Position numbers and translations under genes: made by a program
Shown: positions 57,647 through 64,000 of the stretch, piece by piece
How the letters are laid out: each line of letters starts with the position of its first letter
Numbering within the stretch: position 1 is the first letter of the stretch
IMG/VR virus record: IMGVR_UViG_3300017963_000190
Location: 124,001 to 188,000 of that record
Strand: one strand, 5' to 3'
Length of the DNA stretch: 64,000 nt
Notes under the pieces: model-generated
Database searches by the model: none
What the model saw: the letters and a program-made list of their open reading frames with translations, nothing else
Told to the model about the DNA's origin: nothing

Positions 57647-58575
57647 GCTGCCAAGGTCGTCTCCATTCTTTTTACCAGTCGATACAATCTATTCAAGTGG
57701 GGCATCGGCATATTGCCCGGATCTTTCTTTTCTGGGCACATGAAATGCTTCACCGGGAACATCTCCATCAAACTCGCAGCGATGTCATAGCGAACCCCTT
57801 CTCCTCCTTCGTCCCCATCCATAGCTACCACAACGGCTTCGGCATTCGCATTGATTAAGTGGGTACGATTACTGTCGTCGTAATTTCTCGTTCCCATTAT
57901 TGCCAGCGCGGGGATGTTGTAGTTGACGAGCCGCAGCGCATCGTACGGCCCCTCTACTAAGACGACCACTTTCCGATTCATGGCTATGACCGCGTCTAGC
58001 GGAAAGAGCACATCCTTGGAAGACATGTTTGGTGCATTTCGGTAGGGCTTCAGGAGCTTCTCGCCAGGCGGCGCCTCGTCTAGCCGTCTCGCTACCCACC
58101 CCTTTACCTCGTCGTACATCATTACTGGAAATAGAATACGTTCCGCACGTATGCGTGGATCGTCGTCGAACCACCCAAAGGCTCCAACGCGTTTTAAGGT
58201 TTTCACGCGGAGCCGACGCCACGGCTTTGTCCAGGGGCGTAGCCCCCAAGGGAGGTCCACTTTCGCCATGGCCTTTTGGTAGCGCTTTTCCATTTTGTGC
58301 GCGAGCACTAGAAAATCGTTGGGCCGGTTCTCCTCTGTGAGCGTGTCTACTTTGATGTAGTTGGCGATGTAGTCCCACTTGGATCCCTTTACGCCGCAAC
58401 CAAAGCACAGAAATGCGCCGTCGAGGCGGCGGATACTCAGGCTAGGGGTCTTGTGGTCATGTCCTCGGAAGCAGAATGCTTTGATGTTCTCCTGGTTGCT
58501 ATCTCCCATAGAGACGCGCACCCCCGCCGCTTCGAGCTGGGCTACAATAAAGGTGGACAGATCTGATTCGGCCAT
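57643..58575 (-). CDS. dnaG: DNA primase (CHC2-like Zn finger + TOPRIM)
   Basis: CFRGHDHKTPSLSI...CFGCG; VVLVEGPYDAL; VAMDGDEGG; KDPG. Confidence 0.88.
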   Translation of the reverse strand: MAESDLSTFIVAQLEAAGVRVSMGDSNQENIKAFCFRGHDHKTPSLSIRRLDGAFLCFGCGVKGSKWDYIANYIKVDTLTEENRPNDFLVLAHKMEKRYQKAMAKVDLPWGLRPWTKPWRRLRVKTLKRVGAFGWFDDDPRIRAERILFPVMMYDEVKGWVARRLDEAPPGEKLLKPYRNAPNMSSKDVLFPLDAVIAMNRKVVVLVEGPYDALRLVNYNIPALAIMGTRNYDDSNRTHLINANAEAVVVAMDGDEGGEGVRYDIAASLMEMFPVKHFMCPEKKDPGNMPMPHLNRLYRLVKRMETTLAA

Positions 58576-58655
58576 CGTGCCTCACATTCGTCTTGTAAAC
58601 TAATAGGTAGTGCACCGCATGCCTTCACCTTGGTTTTACAGCATTGGAGTAGTAG

Positions 58656-59588
58656 ATGGGCATTTTTGACATCCCAAAAGCAGAGAAATTCCCAGCTGGA
58701 CTGGAAAAGAGCTTTGGAGATATCCGCTACGGCCGCCGGAAAGTCCGACAGCGTGAGTACGAGGAGCTCCGCGCCAGCAATCTTCCTGTGTGCCCTCGGG
58801 CCTACATTATATACAGGCGCTCACCTCTGCGCAAGAGGCCTCTCGTGGAGGAGACTTTCATCAGCGAGACAGCCACGTTGTTGGGTACCGCGCTGCATTT
58901 AGTGCTTCAGAAGTGGTTTGGTTTGCAGGGGCACCTTTTTGGGAACTGGGTTTGCGTACACTGCAAAAAGATTCGCCGCCATCAGCTGGGAACGCAGAAG
59001 TGCGTCGAGTGCGGGCGCGAGATGATTTACCATGAGTACGCAATCAAACCGAGCAAGTACGCACCTTTTAGCGGGCACATCGATGGCATCCTGGTGCTGC
59101 CTAATGGCACAATTTATCTTATCGATTTTAAGGGTAGCAGTGTTCCAGCCATCCGGGAAATAAAGAAAAATGGGCGTCCTAAGGAGAGCCACTACTTGCA
59201 GGTGAACGCCTACGCTCACGCGGTCAACAAAGATCTGAAGCGTTTCGGGCTGACTGAAAAAATCCAGAAGATAATTATTATCTATGTAGACCGCGCCCAG
59301 CCTTGGAGAACGTGGTTGCCCATGCAAGTCCCCTTGAGTAGGGAGCTCTACAGGGAGGCTGTTGGACGAATCCACTACACCCGCGAGTGCCTTAAAACCG
59401 GTAAGGTTCCGCGTGGTTTGTGTGTTAGCCCGTCGGATGAGTACGCAAAGTACTGCCCCTGGCGGCAGGTATGTTTTTCGCCGGTGATCGAGGGACTGCT
59501 CAGCGATGATGTTGAGCCTGAAAGCAAAAAACAGGAGGTGTCAGAGCAGCAGCTACTCGCTTTGGCTGCTTACTTAGAATCTCATTAG
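58656..59588 (+). CDS. Cas4-like PD-(D/E)XK exonuclease
   Basis: VCPR...GTALH...GHIDG...IDFKG...QVNAY...C....YCPWRQVC (Fe-S cysteine pattern); extra CxxC...CxxC insert. Confidence 0.85.
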   Translation: MGIFDIPKAEKFPAGLEKSFGDIRYGRRKVRQREYEELRASNLPVCPRAYIIYRRSPLRKRPLVEETFISETATLLGTALHLVLQKWFGLQGHLFGNWVCVHCKKIRRHQLGTQKCVECGREMIYHEYAIKPSKYAPFSGHIDGILVLPNGTIYLIDFKGSSVPAIREIKKNGRPKESHYLQVNAYAHAVNKDLKRFGLTEKIQKIIIIYVDRAQPWRTWLPMQVPLSRELYREAVGRIHYTRECLKTGKVPRGLCVSPSDEYAKYCPWRQVCFSPVIEGLLSDDVEPESKKQEVSEQQLLALAAYLESH

Positions 59589-59619
59589 TTGCCACTTAGT
59601 CACTGAAAGGATGCTTCTC

Positions 59620-60126
59620 ATGACCGACTACAGAGACGCCCCGGAGCCGGATGCTCCTGAAGATACAGTTACAGAGGGAGAAGATTTATCGAGGCAGGAC
59701 GCTATTGATTTTGTTGACCGAGAGATTGATAGCACGGAAGACATCGAGAGTCTCAGCGTCGAAGCCTTTGTCACTTTAGCCATTCTTCGGGTAGTGCGCT
59801 CGCCCGAAGATGTTCGTGTTCATGTTACGAGGTCGCAGCGCATGGTAATTTTGGAATACGAGGTTCGGGAGGACGACATTGGTCAGGTAATAGGGCGGGG
59901 TGGCCATACAATAGATGCGATACGTTCCCTAGCCAAGTCTATCACCGGGAAGGTAGAGGATTCTTCACAAGAGGAATCTGAGGAGCGCCCTCCACATAAT
60001 CCTGTAGAGTACATCATCAAACTTATCGATGATACTGGATCCCCAGTAAGATTTGGGAAACCGAGGGGAGATCGTAGGCGCCAGGGGCACTTCCACCGGA
60101 ACCGGCGGGGGAGGTATCGTCGTTAG
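59620..60126 (+). CDS. khpA: KhpA-like single KH-domain RNA-binding protein; start revised to 59620
   Basis: VRSPEDVRV...LEYEVREDDIGQVIGRGGHTIDAIRSL; intact GxxG loop; GAAAGG RBS. Confidence 0.8.
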   Translation: MTDYRDAPEPDAPEDTVTEGEDLSRQDAIDFVDREIDSTEDIESLSVEAFVTLAILRVVRSPEDVRVHVTRSQRMVILEYEVREDDIGQVIGRGGHTIDAIRSLAKSITGKVEDSSQEESEERPPHNPVEYIIKLIDDTGSPVRFGKPRGDRRRQGHFHRNRRGRYRR

Positions 60127-60740
60127 GGGATCTCAATGAGTCCTCCGCTGCGGGGAGGCCGTGTGAACTGTTTGACTGGGATCCTCTTTTCGCGCGCTTT
60201 CTTCTCCATTCCCGCAGCCTGCGTAGCCGCCGCGCTTTTGGCTTGCGCTTCCACTTGGATCCTCTCCGCAGCGAGGTCGTCTCTTTGTTGGAGCGCCAGC
60301 CGTGAGGCCATCACCAAATGCTTGCAGAGGTGGGGGATCATCTGTCGATTGCGCTCGCGAGGCAGTTGCCCATTCGACAACTTAATGGAGGAGCTGTTGC
60401 GCCTAGTGTTCGCTACTTCACAATTAAAGGTGTAGTAGGGACAAGAGCACCATACCCAGACCGGCGTATCCTTCCCTGGGGGGCCAAAAAACCGTACATA
60501 CGAGGCACGCTTCCCATCTGTGCATGTCAAGTACGTGCGTAGTTCGTTGTAAAAAGTTTTGTCTTTTCGGTAGGATCGCTTGAAGCCTTCCCTACTCCCC
60601 ACCCCGTATTCCTTGCGGATCACGTGACATTGTGTGTTGGCACGCTTGATGATCTCTGGGTTGAACCGTGCCGTGAGCTGCGCCAGCTGACCTAGCGTCA
60701 TGCGATTTACAGGGGTGGCGGCGTAGCGTTTTTTCGCCAT
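60123..60740 (-). CDS. SWIM-type zinc-finger protein; start revised to 60740
   Basis: VWVWCSCPYY...LCKHL (CxC...CxH); GGAG RBS. Confidence 0.7.
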   Translation of the reverse strand: MAKKRYAATPVNRMTLGQLAQLTARFNPEIIKRANTQCHVIRKEYGVGSREGFKRSYRKDKTFYNELRTYLTCTDGKRASYVRFFGPPGKDTPVWVWCSCPYYTFNCEVANTRRNSSSIKLSNGQLPRERNRQMIPHLCKHLVMASRLALQQRDDLAAERIQVEAQAKSAAATQAAGMEKKAREKRIPVKQFTRPPRSGGLIEIP

Positions 60741-60757
60741 TTTACGCTCCAAAAGTG

Positions 60758-60786
60758 TTGACTCAGATCCATGACTGTACCATACT
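60758..60786 (+). promoter_or_regulatory. sigma70-type promoter upstream of the phage sigma gene
   Basis: TTGACT-N17-CATACT. Confidence 0.65.
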
Positions 60787-60830
60787 CGGACATGGATCTC
60801 TAGAGAGTAACTATCGCGGGATACCTCCTG

Positions 60831-62264
60831 ATGCAGACACAGTCGACCTCGGATGACTGGCAAACGTTCAACGCTTTGGCTGAGCGCACGCTTCAGGAAG
60901 CCCCTCTTCCTAAAGATGAGCTCACCAAACTGTTTATTCGTATCGAAAAACTAATATATTCGGGGATTGGTTATCTATTAAACACGACCACCTTTACTGA
61001 AGACAACCTTTGCTATCTCCTTGCCGAGATTGCTTCAGGCGTTATCAAAAGCAGGAAGGTGTACAAAGGGCGCCGGATCCGAAGGCGGATACCACTTACC
61101 GAAGAAATCGAAATGGGATCCGAAAACAAGCGGATCTTCGGCATCGGTTTCGATTTGTTCAAGCTATCGCGCATGAGTAGGGAGGAGGCGGCACCTCTGG
61201 TAAAGCGTATTATTCGTACTCTTCGTGTCTCTACCAGCACCTATGAAAGTATGCTGCTCACGTTTGCCAAGGAGGGTCAGAGGTATCGGGATCTGTCGGA
61301 TGAGCTCACCGAGGTAACCCTTGATCTTCTGGAGCAGCGCCGTAAAAATAGCAAGCGCGCCACAAAGGGATCCTTGGCCAAAGAAGAAAGCTTGACCCTG
61401 GAGGCTTCCAGGATGATAGACGAACTGGAAATCGTGGAGATGAATGTTGGGTGCGTTGAGCGTAATTTTCTCTACGGTACCATACGAGCCATAGACCTCA
61501 TTGTTCGTGAGATCCGACGTTTGCAGGAACGCATACTGCGGGCATACTCCAGGCTCATCTTGAAGCCTGTGCGTGATAGAGCTCAGGGAGAGATGGAGGC
61601 TCTGGATTTGTTTCAGTCCGGCAGCCTAGGTCTCGCGAGAGCCATCTCTTTATATGATGTAAGAAGTGGCACCAGTTTCCCCACCTTTGCCACTTGGTGG
61701 ATTCGACAGAAGATTTTCGGGAGCATCAAATTCCGCGGCCCGCTAATCAAGCTACCTGGGTCTGTGCTTGAGAAGTACCAACAAATACGCGCAGCTGAAC
61801 GCCACTTCAGCTCAGACCCAGAAAAGCACTCTTCCTACACGGTGGAGGATATCGCAGCTTACTGCAAGACCTCTGTGAAATCTGTGGAGCTCGTGCGCAA
61901 GAAAGTGCAGAGCACGCAGGTCATATCCTTGGATTCGATGGTCTATGATAATGAAGAGGGCTTCGAGAACGAGTCGGCTACCGATCGAGCCCTCCTAGAT
62001 GATTCATTAGAAGAAGAGGAAGAATTTGCAGCACGGCAGGACTTTGTGGAGTCTGTGTTAGACCACCTGGAGCCGGACCAGCGCAATCTAGTGTGTCTTC
62101 GCTACGGAGTTATTGACAGCGTAAAGGTTGAGTTAAGTCCTCGTCAGGTTCTGCGTGAGACATTCCGTCAAGCAGCGTGTAGAGCAATTTTGCAGAGGTC
62201 TATGGCGGTCACCGCGGATGAGCGTCTGTCTCTGCTTCGTCCAGAAGAGCTTCCTCCCGAATAA
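60831..62264 (+). CDS. Phage-encoded sigma70-family (RpoD-like) sigma factor
   Basis: Region 2 DLFQSGSLGLARAISLYDVRSGTSFPTFATWWIRQKI; region 3 (VEDIA...ISLDS); region 4.1 (LEPDQRNLVCLRYG). Confidence 0.88.
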   Translation: MQTQSTSDDWQTFNALAERTLQEAPLPKDELTKLFIRIEKLIYSGIGYLLNTTTFTEDNLCYLLAEIASGVIKSRKVYKGRRIRRRIPLTEEIEMGSENKRIFGIGFDLFKLSRMSREEAAPLVKRIIRTLRVSTSTYESMLLTFAKEGQRYRDLSDELTEVTLDLLEQRRKNSKRATKGSLAKEESLTLEASRMIDELEIVEMNVGCVERNFLYGTIRAIDLIVREIRRLQERILRAYSRLILKPVRDRAQGEMEALDLFQSGSLGLARAISLYDVRSGTSFPTFATWWIRQKIFGSIKFRGPLIKLPGSVLEKYQQIRAAERHFSSDPEKHSSYTVEDIAAYCKTSVKSVELVRKKVQSTQVISLDSMVYDNEEGFENESATDRALLDDSLEEEEEFAARQDFVESVLDHLEPDQRNLVCLRYGVIDSVKVELSPRQVLRETFRQAACRAILQRSMAVTADERLSLLRPEELPPE

Positions 62265-62371
62265 ACTTCCTGCGTGTAGGATTTCGCTTCTGTCTTGTAA
62301 AATACGAGAGTGCGGCAAGCAATAGATTCACAGAACCAGAAAACTGCTGATTCACGAAAGGAGTGACGAGC

Positions 62372-63691
62372 ATGGCTAAGAGATCGCGTCGGATGCGTGG
62401 AAGGCATTCGATTTCAGATGCACCAGGAGGCAGCTATGGGCCTAAGTGGCACGAGATGCTTACGTACATCACGAAGCCAAAAAAGGGGAAGCTGCGAGAG
62501 GTTCGTATTGCTGGAGGGTTTTTTGTAATCTTCCAGCACTACGTGAAATTCCGTAACCGAAAGAATGCGATTTCTGGTTACTATGAGCTGTGCCCAAACT
62601 GGAATTGGGAGACCGGTGAGTTCAGGCAGGGACCTGATGCCACCTGTCCCATCTGCGCAGATTTCAACGATCGAGACCTTCCCGAGCACTTGAGGATGTT
62701 CGGTAGCTTCCGCTACTACTTTGACGCCTTCGACGTCACGATGGCTAAAGGTAACGGTGGCGAGACGATCTTCGGTGTCGCCTTCGTCAACAAGTACGGT
62801 AAAAACGATTTGGCGTCCCTCGCGGATATTCTGGGCAATGAGGTGGATGATGAGGAGAATGGCATCTCGGTCCACTGGTTCCTCGATGAGAATGCAAAAG
62901 ACGCAAAAGATCGTATGCGCTTCCACCAGGGACAAAAGATCCCGATTCGCTACGATGAGGACCGCGGCCTTTATTTGATGAAGGGTGGCAAGAAAAAGAT
63001 CTTTAAGGGTGAGCCGACCGACTTCGCGGAGATCATCACTCCCAAGTCTGGTGATGAGATCAAAAACGATCTCCAACGCAACGGCTGCTACCGTGAGCTG
63101 GAGAGCTACTTGGAGTCTCAAGGGGACGACGATATCTCTGCAGATGTTCCTGGGTGGGGTGACGACGGTGAGGAGGCAGAGGAAGAGAAGCCGAAGCGCA
63201 AGCCGCGTTCCTCTCAGAAGAAGTCGGGCAAGGGTGGCGGCAACGCTAAAGGAAAAGGCAAAAGCAAGCCTAAGTCCAAGCCCAAGCCGAAAGGAAAGGG
63301 CAAAGGTAAAGAGAAGTCCAAGAAAGCCGAGGAGGTGGAGACGCCTCCAGATGATGACGAGTGGGGATCTTCCGACGAGGGTTCACCTGGCGACTGGGAT
63401 GACGATCTAGGAGATTCTGGTTCCGACGCCGCAGATGAGGACTGGGGCTCGTCCTCTGACAGTGATGAGAGCTCAGGCGAAGGTTGGGATGATGAAGGCT
63501 CGGACGACTCTGGCTCCGAAGAAGCCTCCGATGACTCTGATGATGGTGATGTGGATGGTTGGGGCGAGGCTTCTCACGACGACTCCTACTTCGGAGACGA
63601 TGATGGAGACGATGATTGGGGGAGCTCCTCCGATGAAGCCGGCGACTCGTCTGACGATGATGGGGATGCGGACGACCCTGAGGACTGGTAG
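62372..63691 (+). CDS. gp32-like single-stranded DNA-binding protein with long charged disordered tail; start revised to 62372
   Basis: GAAAGGAG RBS; QHYV...CP...CPIC, RYYFDAF core; Lys block then Asp/Glu/Ser-rich tail ending EDW. Confidence 0.65.
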   Translation: MAKRSRRMRGRHSISDAPGGSYGPKWHEMLTYITKPKKGKLREVRIAGGFFVIFQHYVKFRNRKNAISGYYELCPNWNWETGEFRQGPDATCPICADFNDRDLPEHLRMFGSFRYYFDAFDVTMAKGNGGETIFGVAFVNKYGKNDLASLADILGNEVDDEENGISVHWFLDENAKDAKDRMRFHQGQKIPIRYDEDRGLYLMKGGKKKIFKGEPTDFAEIITPKSGDEIKNDLQRNGCYRELESYLESQGDDDISADVPGWGDDGEEAEEEKPKRKPRSSQKKSGKGGGNAKGKGKSKPKSKPKPKGKGKGKEKSKKAEEVETPPDDDEWGSSDEGSPGDWDDDLGDSGSDAADEDWGSSSDSDESSGEGWDDEGSDDSGSEEASDDSDDGDVDGWGEASHDDSYFGDDDGDDDWGSSSDEAGDSSDDDGDADDPEDW

Positions 63692-63713
63692 TTAGTAGAG
63701 GCAGCTGCCTGTG

Positions 63714-64000
63714 ATGAATCTGGTGCAGTTAAGCGCGCGAAAATATCACGGAGAGGTAGTGCGTGTTTCTTGGGACGTAGCTATAGCCCTCAATAACCTC
63801 GGCGCGGAGCACTTGCTGCTCATCTCGCAGGAAGCCGATGAGGCTGAAATGCTACAAAGCGTCGTCACCGGGTTTTTGGCTCACCGGCAGCTGCCTCTAT
63901 ATGCCGCCCATGTTCTAGTGAGCTTGGGTAATGATGCCGCCACACAACTCGCCGTCGCAGTGGTTCCTCAAGTAAGGTACTACCGCGATGCTGCTGAGGT
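63714..64000 (+). CDS. Hypothetical protein, runs off the window end
   Basis: Read by hand: MNLVQLSARKYHGEVV... open to 64000; AGAGG RBS-like sequence upstream. Confidence 0.5.
   Translation, partial: MNLVQLSARKYHGEVVRVSWDVAIALNNLGAEHLLLISQEADEAEMLQSVVTGFLAHRQLPLYAAHVLVSLGNDAATQLAVAVVPQVRYYRDAAE

Larger units (their letters stand above)
1..64000. mobile_element. Segment of a large tailed (myovirus-like, probably jumbo) bacteriophage genome
   Basis: Dense co-oriented ORFs; baseplate/fibre genes together with DnaB, primase, clamp, RNR, RuvC-like, Cas4-like, gp32-like SSB and a sigma factor; no ribosomal or core metabolic genes; no integrase or host boundary seen. Confidence 0.92.

Noticed and set aside
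58656-59588. CRISPR-Cas locus suggested by the Cas4-like gene
   Set aside because: No repeat-spacer array or other cas genes seen in the window
63699-63710. Palindrome AGGCAGCTGCCT after the SSB gene as a terminator
   Set aside because: No loop or U-tract, and it overlaps the probable RBS of the next ORF
1-64000. Stop-codon reassignment as in some jumbo phages
   Set aside because: Conserved genes are full length in the standard code, and TAG, TGA and TAA all serve as normal stops with tight gene packing

Overview
The whole window reads as a 64-kb segment of a large (probably jumbo) myovirus-like phage genome using the standard genetic code. No core bacterial housekeeping genes, integrase, CRISPR array or tRNA were seen. 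About 1-33.5 kb (minus strand) is a contractile-tail baseplate/fibre module: fibre-like proteins, a beta-propeller protein, baseplate J-like and gp25-like wedge proteins, a spike, a 1939-aa hub fused to an M23 peptidase, and a peptidase-G2-type self-cleaving fibre. About 33.6-52 kb (minus) is a replication/nucleotide module: NYN-domain protein, UvrD, a DnaN-like clamp, 5'-3' exonuclease, DnaB, a degenerate DnaC-like protein, an SF2 helicase, class II RNR and a RuvC-like resolvase. About 52-64 kb is mixed: putative head/neck/tail proteins, primase, Cas4-like nuclease, KhpA-like KH protein, SWIM protein, a phage sigma70-family factor and a gp32-like SSB. The most notable signals are regulatory. 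They are a candidate ~105-nt sRNA bounded by a promoter and terminator, a recurrent TCTTGTAAA upstream motif that may be read by the phage sigma factor (whose region 4 looks degenerate), near-consensus sigma70 promoters, and phage copies of RNA-handling proteins. All product calls come from motifs recognised by eye; no database search was run.
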